Shown here in pieces: positions 50,476-60,401 of a DNA stretch of 64,000 bases (positions within the stretch are counted from its first letter, which is position 1; every line of letters begins with the position of its first letter). Below the pieces are notes generated by a model. The model searched no databases, was not told the origin of the DNA, and saw nothing but the letters and a program-made list of their open reading frames with translations. Source of the DNA: Deltaproteobacteria bacterium (lineage in GTDB: Bacteria; Desulfobacterota; GWC2-55-46); contig JACREU010000070.1 in NCBI GenBank assembly GCA_016212705.1, forward strand, positions 72,390-136,389, written 5' to 3'. The position numbers and the translations under genes are program-made.

Positions 50476-51138
50476 ATGATGAGGCTTGTAAATTCTTCCG
50501 AGCAGATTGTCTTCATAGAGGCTGGAAAGGTGAGGCTCGAAGGCTCGCTCGTAGTGCCGGAAGGCGCGGTAGGCGTGGTGCTTTTCGCGCACGGAAGCGG
50601 GTCTTCACGCCACAGCCCCAGGAACAACTTCGTGGCGCAGGTCTTAAGGAAGTCGGGGATGGGCACGCTCCTCATGGACCTCCTTACGAGGGAAGAGGAC
50701 ATGGACTATGACGCGAGGTTTGATATAGAACTCCTCTCCGGCAGGCTGGAAACTGCTACCCACTGGCTTAAAGACGAGATGCCTGGTACAAGTATCGGGT
50801 AATTCGGGGCCTCGACCGGCGCGGCGGCGGCGCTTAAGGCCGCGGTCAGCATGGGGGAGGCCATAGGCGCCGTCGTCTCGCGCGGCGGGAGGCCAGACCT
50901 CGCCCTTGACTCCCTGCCCAAGGTCAAGGCGCCTACGCTCCTTATCGTCGGCGGCAGGGACGATGTTGTAATTGATCTTAACAGGAAGGCTTACGCGCGG
51001 CTCAAGTGCGACAAGGAGCTTGTCATAGTGCCTGGGGCGACCCATCTCTTCGAGGAGCCAGGGGCGCTTGAGGAGGTAGCGAGGCTCGCGGCCTTCTGGT
51101 TCAAGGAGAGGCTGAAGCCGGCGGAGGCTCGGATATAG
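50476..51138 (+). pseudogene. Dienelactone hydrolase-like alpha/beta hydrolase interrupted by an in-frame TAA
   Basis: FAHGSGSSRHSPRN...SIG-TAA(50800-50802)-FGASTGAAAAL...SRGGRPD...GATHLFEE, all in one frame. Confidence 0.8.
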
Positions 51139-51192
51139 TCTTGAAAATATTAGCTGAGATTAAGACCTGTTGCGTCCTGCCGGGCTTTTCTC

Positions 51193-51380
51193 GGCATGGG
51201 GATTCTCGCTACGGCCTCCCCCTCCCCCGCTCGGCGCGGGGCCAATTTCAAATCGGGTCACTTAAGTCTACCTGAAGCACAGTTGTCCGATACGGATTTG
51301 CCAGTCCGGCGAGGACCGCTCGCCTCTTAGGGCGCTGTCGCGCCTTTTTACTCCCCCTGCTCGCTCACCCCATGCCCTGG
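51193..51380. repeat. Structured intergenic element, copy B
   Basis: Closing helix GGCATGGGG/CCCCATGCC; sequence blocks shared with 41833-41954. Confidence 0.55.
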
Positions 51381-51419
51381 TTATTTTAAAAACAAAAACG
51401 AATAGACGCATCTTTAACT

Positions 51420-51452
51420 CCTCCCCTTTTTACAAGGGGAGGCGGGGTGGGG
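51420..51452. repeat. C/G-run hairpin element
   Basis: CCTCCCCTT...AAGGGGAGG followed by CGGGGTGGGG. Confidence 0.4.
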
Positions 51453-51483
51453 TCGTATTTATAGATTTGTCGATAAAAAAGAT

Positions 51484-51512
51484 GGGATTGCTTCGCTTCG
51501 CTCGCAATGACA
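51484..51512. repeat. REP-like half element ending AATGAC
   Basis: GGGATTGCTTCGCTTCGCTCGCAATGACA, related to 60303-60335. Confidence 0.55.
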
Positions 51513-51519
51513 GCACTGT

Positions 51520-52503
51520 TTACCTCTTCCCGTACATCCTTGCCACGAACTCCCCGTAGCCGTTGTACTTTATCGTAGGCACGCGCTCGTCCGTATCTAT
51601 TATCCGCTCCGTCGCCTGCGACCAGCGCGGGTGCGGGACCTCGGGGTTGACGTTCGCGGTGAAATCGTACTCATCCGGCGCGAGCGTGTTCCAGAAGGTC
51701 TTGGGCTCCTCTTCCACGAAGTCTATCTTTACAATCGACTTTATGTTCTTGAAGCCGTACTTCCACGGGACGATGAGCCTTATGGGCGCGCCGTGCTGTT
51801 TCGGGAGCTCGTGGCCGTATATGCCGGTCGCGATGAACGTCAGCTCATTCATAGCCTCCTCCATAGTAAGCCCCTCTTCATAGGGCCAGGGGAGCCAGAA
51901 CCGGAGCTTTTGGCTGAGGGCCCAGCTCCTGTTGTGGAAGGTCCTCATCCTTATGTATTTCGCCGACGACATCGGCGAGACCTTTTTTATGAGAGCGCTT
52001 AAGGGAAACCCGGTCCACGGGACGGTCATGGCCCACGCCTCCACGCACCTGAACCTGTACAGGCGTTCTTCAAGCGGCAGTTCCCTTACGAGTTCGTCTA
52101 TGTCATAGACGCGGGGCTTGTGCACGAGCCCGCCTACTTCCACCTGCCAGGGGCGCGTCTCCATCGCATCCACATCCTTCCAGACGCTCTTAAACGACGA
52201 GAACTCGTAAAAGTTATTGTATTTGGCCGCCGCGAGCTCGTCGGTTATCTTCCGGTCGACCGCGTATTTTGCGTTCCTCTGCGCGGGGTAGAGGTGTGAG
52301 GTCAAAGTCCTGGGTATCTTTATGATCCCTTCCTCTCCCTTTTTCCCGAAGAGGTCGAATATGGACGCGTTGTTCAGAAAAAGCCCGGCGTTCACCCCAA
52401 CTACCCCCATCATCTTTACGAAGTCGCGCCTCTTGAGGTATATATCCTCGGGTGTCGCCTCGCTTTCGGGCCTCTCCCACTGTTTTTTACGTTTAATGAG
52501 CAT
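51520..52503 (-). CDS. msrP: Protein-methionine-sulfoxide reductase catalytic subunit (molybdoenzyme, Tat substrate)
   Basis: ESEATPE, RRDF Tat motif, YNNFYEF, RCVEAW, HGAPIRL.VPWKYGFK; ATG 52503 preferred to the longer track start. Confidence 0.92.
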   Translation of the reverse strand: MLIKRKKQWERPESEATPEDIYLKRRDFVKMMGVVGVNAGLFLNNASIFDLFGKKGEEGIIKIPRTLTSHLYPAQRNAKYAVDRKITDELAAAKYNNFYEFSSFKSVWKDVDAMETRPWQVEVGGLVHKPRVYDIDELVRELPLEERLYRFRCVEAWAMTVPWTGFPLSALIKKVSPMSSAKYIRMRTFHNRSWALSQKLRFWLPWPYEEGLTMEEAMNELTFIATGIYGHELPKQHGAPIRLIVPWKYGFKNIKSIVKIDFVEEEPKTFWNTLAPDEYDFTANVNPEVPHPRWSQATERIIDTDERVPTIKYNGYGEFVARMYGKR

Positions 52504-52588
52504 GTATTGAGTATATCCTAAAACCAGCCCTTGACAATGGGGCCGGTTTTTGAAAACCTGATAGTATAAAGACTTTAAGGGAGATCGA

Positions 52589-54235
52589 ATGATAAAGACG
52601 GCGGCCGACCTTTTTGTAGAGTGCCTGGAGAGGGAAGGGGTAAGGTATATTTTCGGCATCCCGGGAGAAGAGTCGCTCGTGCTCCTTGAATCCATCAGGA
52701 AGTCTTCCATAAAGTTCATTGTGACGAGGCACGAGCAGGCCGCGGCGTTCATGGCCGCGACATGCGGACGCTTGACAGGCAGGGCCGGGGTTGTGCTCTC
52801 GACCCTGGGGCCGGGCGCAACGAACCTTGTAACGGGTGTGGCCTTTGCGCAATTGGGAGGGATGCCGCTTGTCGTCATCACCGGGCAGAAACCCGTAAGA
52901 CGCTCCAAACAGGGGCTCTTTCAGATTATCAACGTCCTTGAGATGATGTCGCCCATAACAAAGGCGACAAGGCAGATTACCTCGGGCGACCTTGTCCCTT
53001 CGCTCGTCAGGGAGGCGTTCAGGAGGGCGGAGGAGGAGAGGCCCGGAGCAGTGCACCTCGAGTTCCCCGAGGACATCGCTTCCGAGCACGCGATAGCGGG
53101 CCCGATAGACTCTGCGAAACTGCGGAGACCCGGCCCTGACGCCAAGGCGATAGAGACGGCGGTCGACATGATAGAGGCCTCAAGCCACCCGCTCCTACTC
53201 ATCGCCGCGGCGGCGAACAGGAAGAGGGTCTCGGTCGAGCTCGAGGAGCTCATACGGAAGACCGGCATCCCGTTCTTCACGACACAGATGGGCAAGGGTG
53301 TGGTCGACGAGAGGAGCGTGCTGTCGCTCGGCACCGCGGCGTTATCGGAAAAGGACTTCCTTCACAGGGCCATAGAGCGCTCTGACCTCATAATCGCCGT
53401 CGGGCACGACGTAACGGAAAAACCGCCCGCCATCATGGGCTATGACAGCCGCAAGGTCATTCATATAAACTTCTATTCAGCCCCGGTCGACGACGTTTAT
53501 TATCCCACGCACGAGGTCCTGGGGGACATCGCCCAGAGCATCCGGGCCATAACGGCGCTCGTAAGGCCGCAGTCGCATTGGGACTTCGGGTTTTTCATGA
53601 AGGTCATCGCGTCGCGGAAGGCCCATGTGCTGGAAAAGTCCGGCGACGACGGCTTCCCCGTAAAGCCGCAGAGGCTCGTCTCCGAGTTAAGAAGGCACAT
53701 CCCGGCAGACGGCATACTCGCGCTCGATAATGGCATGTACAAGATATGGATAGCGAGAAACTACCCCGCATACGCGAGGAACACGGTCCTCCTTGACAAC
53801 GCGCTCGCCTCGATGGGCGCCGGGCTTTCAGCGGCGATTGCGGCAAAGATCATAAACCCTGAGAGGAAGGTCGTGTGTGTCGCGGGCGACGGCGGCTTCA
53901 TGATGAACTCGCAGGAGATAGAGACCGCGATAAGGCTCTCACTCGACCTCGTCGTCGTCATAGTAAACGACGGGGGCTACGGCATGATAAAATGGAAACA
54001 GGACTCGATGAGGCTACCGGCCTTCGGGCTTGATTTTTCCAACCCGGATTTTATCAAATACGCCGAGAGCTACGGGGCAAAGGGGGCGAGGGTGAATAGC
54101 GCCGGGGAACTCGGGCGAGAGCTCTCGGACGCCATTAATTCGAGCGGCGTGACCATCATAGATTGCCCGATAGATTATTCGGAGAACGTAAGGGTCCTTA
54201 CAGACGAACTGACCATTAAGACATCACTGCTGTAA
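52589..54235 (+). CDS. Acetolactate synthase large subunit-like ThDP enzyme
   Basis: FGIPGEE, RHEQ, GPGATN, GDGGFMM...ND. Confidence 0.88.
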   Translation: MIKTAADLFVECLEREGVRYIFGIPGEESLVLLESIRKSSIKFIVTRHEQAAAFMAATCGRLTGRAGVVLSTLGPGATNLVTGVAFAQLGGMPLVVITGQKPVRRSKQGLFQIINVLEMMSPITKATRQITSGDLVPSLVREAFRRAEEERPGAVHLEFPEDIASEHAIAGPIDSAKLRRPGPDAKAIETAVDMIEASSHPLLLIAAAANRKRVSVELEELIRKTGIPFFTTQMGKGVVDERSVLSLGTAALSEKDFLHRAIERSDLIIAVGHDVTEKPPAIMGYDSRKVIHINFYSAPVDDVYYPTHEVLGDIAQSIRAITALVRPQSHWDFGFFMKVIASRKAHVLEKSGDDGFPVKPQRLVSELRRHIPADGILALDNGMYKIWIARNYPAYARNTVLLDNALASMGAGLSAAIAAKIINPERKVVCVAGDGGFMMNSQEIETAIRLSLDLVVVIVNDGGYGMIKWKQDSMRLPAFGLDFSNPDFIKYAESYGAKGARVNSAGELGRELSDAINSSGVTIIDCPIDYSENVRVLTDELTIKTSLL

Positions 54236-54330
54236 TTATTACAGACAAAAATTTGCCAGGCGGGGTTGGCGTTAAGGCGGGTTAAGGCTGTAAACCTGAA
54301 CCCGCAAAAAGTCCCGTCCGTCTGGACCTG

Positions 54331-56256
54331 CTAAAGGCTCTTTTTGAAGAAGCAGACCGAGAGCGGCGGCAGAGTGAGGCGCAAGGAATACGGCCTCTTG
54401 TGCGACGCTCTGTGGTCCGCATGGACGCCGCCGAGGTTGCCTTTGCCTCCGCCGCCGTATTCTACCGCGTCGCTGTTCAAGAGCTCCTTCCAGTAGCCGT
54501 CGACAGGCACGCCTACGCGGTAATCGGTCCTGAAAACGGGCGTGAGATTGCAGATGACAAGTATGATGTCATTGGCGTCGCGCCCCTTTCTTATGAAGCT
54601 TATGACGCTGTCTTCCCAGTCGTGGAAGTCTATCCACTCGAACCCCGCGTTCTCGAAGTCAGCCTGGTGGAGCGCGGTCTCTGTCCTGTATACCCTGTTA
54701 AGGTCCTTTACCCACGTCTGCATGCCGCTGTGTCTCGGGTACTGGAGGACGTGCCACTCGAGGCTCTCGTCGTGCGCCCATTCTTTCACCTGCCCCCATT
54801 CGCAACCCATGAAGAGGAGCTTTTTGCCGGGGTGGCCGTACATGTACCCGTAGAGGAGCCTTAGATTAGCGAACCTCTGCCACTCGTCCCCCGACATCTT
54901 GCCGAGGAGCGAACCCTTTCCATGTACGACCTCGTCGTGGGAGAGCGGCAACAGGAAGTTCTCGGTAAAGGCGTACCAGATGCTGAAGGTGAGCTGGTTG
55001 TGGTAATACTTCCTGTGTATGGGGTCTTTGGAGAAGTACTTGAGCGTGTCGTGCATCCAGCCCATGTTCCACTTCATGGAAAAACCGAGGCCCCCGAGGT
55101 GCGTCGGTTTCGAGACCATCGGCCAGGCCGTCGACTCCTCGGCGAACATCTGTATGTCCGGGTACTCCTGGTAGAGCGCCTCGTTCATCCTCTTGAGGAA
55201 GCTTATGGCGTCGATATTCTCCCTTCCGCCGTACTCGTTGGGTATCCACTCGCCCTCTTTCCTCGAATAGTCGAGATACAACATCGAGGCGACGGCGTCG
55301 ACCCTGAGGCCGTCTATATGGTACTTGTCCAGCCAGAGCATCGCCGAGCTTATGAGAAAAGACCTCACTTCGTTCCTGCCGTAGTTGAATATGTTGCTCC
55401 CCCAGTCGGGATGGAAGCCCTTTTTCGGGTCAGAGTGCTCGAAGAGGTGCGTGCCGTCGAAGTAGGCGAGCCCGTATTCGTCTGACGGGAAGTGCGAAGG
55501 CACCCAGTCGAGGATGACCCCTATGCCGTTCTGATGGAGGTGGTCTACGAGGTACATGAAGTCCTGCGGGGTGCCGTACCTGGATGTCGGCGCGAAGTAG
55601 CCGAGCGTCTGGTACCCCCAGGAACCGTAGAACGGGTGCTCCATTATGGGCAGGAGCTCTACATGGGTAAAGCCCATCTCCTTGACGTAATCGGAGAGCT
55701 GGTGGGCGAGCTCCCGGTAATCGAGGTGCCGGTTGTTCTCCTCGGGGACGCGCCTCCAGGAGCCGAGATGCACCTCATAAATGGATATCGGCCCATTGAG
55801 GGAATTCCGGTGGAGGCGGCCCTCCATCCAATCGAGGTCGTTCCACTTATAATTTAAGTCCCAGACCATTGAGGCGGTCCTGGGCGGGACCTCCCAGCGG
55901 AGAGCGAAGGGGTCGCCCTTCTGGGCGCTGTAGCCGTGGTACCTCGATTTGATGTGGTACTTGTAGAGCGTGCCCGCGCCGAGCCCGGGCATGAACCCCT
56001 CCCATATCCCGGACCAGTCGTCCCGCACAGAGAGCTTGTGCGTCTCGGTCTTCCAGGAATTGAACTCGCCGATGACCGAGACCTCCTCGGCGTTCGGGGC
56101 CCATACGGCGAAGTGCACGCCCTTTACTCCGTTGACCTCGGTTAAGTGCGAACCCAGCTTGTTGTAGAGCTTGAAGTGGTTGCCTTCCTTGAAGAAGTAG
56201 ACATCGTGGTCGGTGATATGGCTCGCGCCGTGGATTATCGCGTCCTGAGTCTGCAT
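54331..56256 (-). CDS. glgB: 1,4-alpha-glucan branching enzyme
   Basis: [51 protein letters not shown] before ATG 56256. Confidence 0.96.
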   Translation of the reverse strand: MQTQDAIIHGASHITDHDVYFFKEGNHFKLYNKLGSHLTEVNGVKGVHFAVWAPNAEEVSVIGEFNSWKTETHKLSVRDDWSGIWEGFMPGLGAGTLYKYHIKSRYHGYSAQKGDPFALRWEVPPRTASMVWDLNYKWNDLDWMEGRLHRNSLNGPISIYEVHLGSWRRVPEENNRHLDYRELAHQLSDYVKEMGFTHVELLPIMEHPFYGSWGYQTLGYFAPTSRYGTPQDFMYLVDHLHQNGIGVILDWVPSHFPSDEYGLAYFDGTHLFEHSDPKKGFHPDWGSNIFNYGRNEVRSFLISSAMLWLDKYHIDGLRVDAVASMLYLDYSRKEGEWIPNEYGGRENIDAISFLKRMNEALYQEYPDIQMFAEESTAWPMVSKPTHLGGLGFSMKWNMGWMHDTLKYFSKDPIHRKYYHNQLTFSIWYAFTENFLLPLSHDEVVHGKGSLLGKMSGDEWQRFANLRLLYGYMYGHPGKKLLFMGCEWGQVKEWAHDESLEWHVLQYPRHSGMQTWVKDLNRVYRTETALHQADFENAGFEWIDFHDWEDSVISFIRKGRDANDIILVICNLTPVFRTDYRVGVPVDGYWKELLNSDAVEYGGGGKGNLGGVHADHRASHKRPYSLRLTLPPLSVCFFKKSL

Positions 56257-56467
56257 CGGTCCGCTCCTGTGGAAGTCGTTATGAAGCAATAAATATACCA
56301 TAAAAGTCCGATTTTGTAGCAGGTTTATAGCAACCGGACGATCGGCGGCGCAAGGGTTGGTTTGACAAAAACCTTTGTAAGGCGGGCGTCATGGGTTTTA
56401 ACAATTGAATTCTAAGCGATATTCCATTATATTGTCTACAATCGAATGCTCAGGAAAAGGGGCCCTA

Positions 56468-57223
56468 TTGGCTGAAAAAACCGAGAAAAAAGTAATACTC
56501 GTATCGAACGACGACGGCATCCGCTCCGAAGGGATATTGAAGCTCGCAAGCGCGCTCAAAAAGGCCGGGACCGTCTATATCGTCGCCCCGGACAGGGAGA
56601 GGAGCGCGGCGAGCCACTCGCTCACCCTCCACAGGCCGCTCAGGGTCGAGGAGGTGGGCAAAAGGATGTACGCCGTAGACGGCACGCCTACCGACTGCGT
56701 GACGCTCGCGGTGAACGGCATCCTTCCGGTCCGCCCCGACATAGTGGTCTCCGGCATAAATAAGGGCGGGAACCTCGGAGAGGACGTCTCGTACTCGGGT
56801 ACGGTATCAGCCGCCATGGAAGGCACGCTCCTCGGGATACCGTCGATTGCGTTCTCACTCGCCAAAAGGGAGGCGTTCGACTTCGGACCCGCCTCCGAGT
56901 TCGCGTTGAAGCTCGTCAGGTTCGTATTCAAGAAGGGGTTGCCGAAAGACACCCTCCTTAACGTCAACATCCCCCCGGTAAAGAGGATAAAGGGATACAG
57001 GATCACCAGACAGGGCAAACGCTTTTTCACCGACGTCGTAGTCGAGAAGGTCGACCCCAGGGGAAAGAAGTACTACTGGATAGGCGGGTCGATGGAGAGG
57101 TGGGTGGGCGGGGAGGACGCCGACTACTTTGCCATAAGCAAGGGGTACGTCTCCATCACGCCGATACACCTCGATATGACGAATATGAGCTCGATGCAGG
57201 AATTAAAAAAGTGGAAGATATAA
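56468..57223 (+). CDS. surE: 5'/3'-nucleotidase
   Basis: SNDDG, GTPTDCV, SGIN.G.N, YSGTV; start codon uncertain. Confidence 0.95.
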   Translation: MAEKTEKKVILVSNDDGIRSEGILKLASALKKAGTVYIVAPDRERSAASHSLTLHRPLRVEEVGKRMYAVDGTPTDCVTLAVNGILPVRPDIVVSGINKGGNLGEDVSYSGTVSAAMEGTLLGIPSIAFSLAKREAFDFGPASEFALKLVRFVFKKGLPKDTLLNVNIPPVKRIKGYRITRQGKRFFTDVVVEKVDPRGKKYYWIGGSMERWVGGEDADYFAISKGYVSITPIHLDMTNMSSMQELKKWKI

Positions 57224-57294
57224 AAGAGCGCCAAACTAAAGCATACCTGCGTTGCTCCTCGGCTTCGTCGTTGCGGGGGAGGTGAACACCTGAC

Positions 57295-57963
57295 ATGACC
57301 ATCCGCGTAAAAAGGGACATATACGAAAGACAGCGTCAGCAGATGCTGGACAACCACCTCATCCCGAGGGGCATAAGCCAGTTGCAGGTCCTCCACGCCA
57401 TGCTTACGGTCCCACGCCACATCTTCGTCGAAGAGGCGCTCTATTCCCAGGCATACAACGATTGCCCGCTCCCAATAGGCGAGAAGCAGACCATATCACA
57501 GCCCTATACCGTCGCACTGATGACAGAGGCGTTGAAGCTCGACGGCACGGAAAGGGTCCTTGAGATAGGCACCGGCTCAGGCTATCAGACGGCGGTCCTC
57601 TCCATGCTCGCATACAAGGTCTATACGGTTGAAAGGCTTTCTACCATCGCCTCGCGCGCGTTAAAGATACTCGACGGCCTCTTGTGCTCGAACGTCATAG
57701 TAAGGGTCGCCGACGGCACTATTGGCTGGCCTGACGAGGCGCCGTTCGACGCCATAATAACGACCGCCGGCTCCCCGCAGGTCCCCTCCGCCTACGTCGA
57801 ACAGCTCAAACCAGGCGGCCGCCTCGTAATACCGGTCGGCCCTGAAGACTCCCAGGAACTGCTCCGCATCACCAAAAAGGCGGACGGCTCCACCACGACG
57901 GAGACGCTCGGGGGCTGCAGGTTCGTAAAACTCATCGGCAAACACGGCTGGTCCAAGAGTTGA
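57295..57963 (+). CDS. pcm: Protein-L-isoaspartate O-methyltransferase
   Basis: [36 protein letters not shown]. Confidence 0.95.
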   Translation: MTIRVKRDIYERQRQQMLDNHLIPRGISQLQVLHAMLTVPRHIFVEEALYSQAYNDCPLPIGEKQTISQPYTVALMTEALKLDGTERVLEIGTGSGYQTAVLSMLAYKVYTVERLSTIASRALKILDGLLCSNVIVRVADGTIGWPDEAPFDAIITTAGSPQVPSAYVEQLKPGGRLVIPVGPEDSQELLRITKKADGSTTTETLGGCRFVKLIGKHGWSKS

Positions 57964-58039
57964 GCCTAAGGACATTGGGGAAACCATTTACATGAAGGTC
58001 CTCTCAAAATCTTCGACTCCCGGGCCCGTTCAGGTTGAT

Positions 58040-58726
58040 ATGGCTAAGGCGCTGAATATTCCCTCCTATTTCCTCCCGCTTCTAATCTCTTTGTTGTTCT
58101 TTCTTAGCGGTTGTTTCGCCGGAGGCGGCGTCTACCACACCATCCACAAGGGAGAAACGCTCTACAGGATATCCAAGACCTACAATGTCGATATCCAGGA
58201 CGTCGCCGAGCTCAATAACATCAAGGACCCAACTGAAATAAAGGCCGGCAAGAGGATATTCATACCCGGGGCAAGGAGGGTCAAAAAGGTCAAGCCGTAT
58301 GTACCGGGTAGCAACGAGAAGGAGACCGAACCGGAGGGAAAGATAGTCATTGAGAAAGACAGGTTCTCCTGGCCTGTCCACGGCGTAATCGAGTCCCCTT
58401 TCGGGCCGAGGAACGGCGGCCGTCACGACGGCATTGATATTACGGCCAGGGAGGGCACGCCGGTGAAGGCGGCCGAGAACGGAGAGGCGGTATATGTCAG
58501 TTCGAGTCTCCGCGGTTACGGCAATATCATAATACTGAAACACAAGGATGACTTTTATACAGTGTACGCGCACAACGATAAAAACCTTGTGAAAACAGGT
58601 GAATCAGTAAAAAAAGGCGAGGTAATCGCGAACGTCGGCTCCACCGGCAACGCCACCGGGAGCCACCTCCACTTCGAGGTCAGGCAGGGCAAGACCGTCA
58701 GGAACCCGCTTTTTTTCTTGCCATAG
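58040..58726 (+). CDS. nlpD: LysM plus M23 peptidase lipoprotein (NlpD-like)
   Basis: FLSGC lipobox, LysM repeat, HDGID and HLHFE M23 motifs. Confidence 0.85.
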   Translation: MAKALNIPSYFLPLLISLLFFLSGCFAGGGVYHTIHKGETLYRISKTYNVDIQDVAELNNIKDPTEIKAGKRIFIPGARRVKKVKPYVPGSNEKETEPEGKIVIEKDRFSWPVHGVIESPFGPRNGGRHDGIDITAREGTPVKAAENGEAVYVSSSLRGYGNIIILKHKDDFYTVYAHNDKNLVKTGESVKKGEVIANVGSTGNATGSHLHFEVRQGKTVRNPLFFLP

Positions 58727-58801
58727 CCCGTTTTTTATAGTAGAAACAGTATTATATGGAATAACCATCAAACCGCATCTCGGGTATGCTTCTCGTTCAA
58801 A

Positions 58802-59722
58802 ATGAGGCGCGATATGAGAAGAACGAATGCACGCACTGAAGGCACGTTCATCCCGAGGCCCAATGAGCAGAGGGAGCCCGTCCAGGGTCCGTCAACCGAT
58901 TCTTTAAACATCTTCTTCAGTTCAATAAAGAAGTACCCTCTGCTCACATCCAGGGAAGAAAAAGACCTCGCCAGGAAGATATCCAAGGGAGACCAGAAGG
59001 CCCGCCACCGGATGATAGAGTCGAACCTCAGGCTCGTCGTCAACATCGCAAAAAAATACATGAACAGGGGGTTCCCGCTCCAGGACTTGATAGAGGAGGG
59101 GAACATCGGGCTCATAAAGTCCGTCGAGAGGTTCAGGGCCGCCAAGGGGTGCAAGTTCTCGACATACGCCACTTATTGGATACGGCAGTCTATTGAGAGG
59201 GCGCTTGCGAATCAGTCGAACGTCGTCCGTCTCCCGATACACATTTCCGCCGACATAGCCAAGTTGAGCAGGGCGACCCACGAGCTCACGATGTCCCTTA
59301 ACAGAGAACCTGACGCGCGGGAGCTCGCCGAGAGGACGGGTTTTTCTGGCAGATACGTAAAAAAACTTGACATCGTCTCCAAAAAAAGTTATTCACTCGA
59401 GGCGTCCCTCCCGGACGGGAGCGACCAGACGTTGCTGGATAAGCTTGAGGACCTGTCTGCCACGCCACAGCTGGAGACGCTCGATATGGCGCGGAAGTCG
59501 CGTAAGGTAGAGGCCTGGCTCTCGCTCTTGAGCGACCCCGAGAGGCGGATAATAAGGCTCAGGTTCGGCCTCGACTTCGCCGGCCCCCAGACGCTTGAGG
59601 AGATAGGCAAGGCATTCGGTATTACAAGGGAGCGGGTGAGGCAGATAGAGGTAAAGGCGCTTACGAAACTCAAGAAGATTATCGTCGAGAGGCACCATAT
59701 AGCGACGCTCGACGCGGTCTAA
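58802..59722 (+). CDS. rpoS: RpoS-like sigma70 family factor
   Basis: [39 protein letters not shown]; surE-pcm-nlpD synteny. Confidence 0.85.
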   Translation: MRRDMRRTNARTEGTFIPRPNEQREPVQGPSTDSLNIFFSSIKKYPLLTSREEKDLARKISKGDQKARHRMIESNLRLVVNIAKKYMNRGFPLQDLIEEGNIGLIKSVERFRAAKGCKFSTYATYWIRQSIERALANQSNVVRLPIHISADIAKLSRATHELTMSLNREPDARELAERTGFSGRYVKKLDIVSKKSYSLEASLPDGSDQTLLDKLEDLSATPQLETLDMARKSRKVEAWLSLLSDPERRIIRLRFGLDFAGPQTLEEIGKAFGITRERVRQIEVKALTKLKKIIVERHHIATLDAV

Positions 59723-59754
59723 TAATACATACTAAAGGCAACAGGGAGAAGGAA

Positions 59755-60273
59755 ATGGTCGAGGACCTCAAAAAATCCATACGCGACGTCCCTGATTTTC
59801 CGAAAAAAGGGATACTCTTCAAGGACATAACAACGCTTTGCAAGGAACCCGCGCTGTTCCAGCGCATGGTCGACCTCCTCGGCCACCGCTACGTCGGCAA
59901 AAGGGTTGACCTCGTCGTGGGCATAGAGGCGAGGGGGTTTATTATCGGCGCGGCGCTCGCCTACAAGCTCGGGGCCGGTATAGTGCTCGTTAGAAAGCCC
60001 GGGAAGCTCCCGCACAAGACCCACAAGGCGAGCTACACGCTCGAGTACGGCAAGGATTCCCTTGAGATACACCAGGACGCGATAGAGAAGGGGCAGAACG
60101 TCGTCATAGCCGACGACCTCCTTGCGACCGGCGGCACCGCTGGCGCGGTAACCAGCCTCGTTAATGATATGGGCGGCAACATAGTCGAGTGCGCCTTCAT
60201 CGTCGAGCTTGAGGAGTTGAACGGCAGGGAGAAGTTGAGCCCGCACCCGGTATTTTCGCTGATAAAGTATTAG
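59755..60273 (+). CDS. apt: Adenine phosphoribosyltransferase
   Basis: [31 protein letters not shown]. Confidence 0.96.
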   Translation: MVEDLKKSIRDVPDFPKKGILFKDITTLCKEPALFQRMVDLLGHRYVGKRVDLVVGIEARGFIIGAALAYKLGAGIVLVRKPGKLPHKTHKASYTLEYGKDSLEIHQDAIEKGQNVVIADDLLATGGTAGAVTSLVNDMGGNIVECAFIVELEELNGREKLSPHPVFSLIKY

Positions 60274-60302
60274 GCGGCGGAGGCTTAAAGGCCGGATGGG
60301 GT

Positions 60303-60335
60303 TCATCTCGGTCGCTTCGCTCTCTCGGAATGACG
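60303..60335. repeat. REP-like half element ending AATGAC
   Basis: TCTCGGTCGCTTCGCTCTCTCGGAATGACG between convergent genes. Confidence 0.5.
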
Positions 60336-60401
60336 GCGGAATTTAATTTTTCAGAGTTTCCTTGGTAGTTCCTCATTGGCAAGGCACAAGGCGTCGGCCG
60401 T

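Noticed and set aside
50800..50802. Stop-codon recoding at the TAA in the hydrolase gene
   Set aside because: TAA is used as a normal stop in many genes here and the expected residue is Tyr, which points to a point mutation or sequence error.
52504..52908. Long N-terminal extension of the msrP ORF
   Set aside because: It overlaps the divergent acetolactate synthase gene and its promoter; MsrP-like sequence starts at ATG 52503.
57241..57280. Possible truncated repeat between surE and pcm
   Set aside because: Only one copy in the window, so it cannot be supported.
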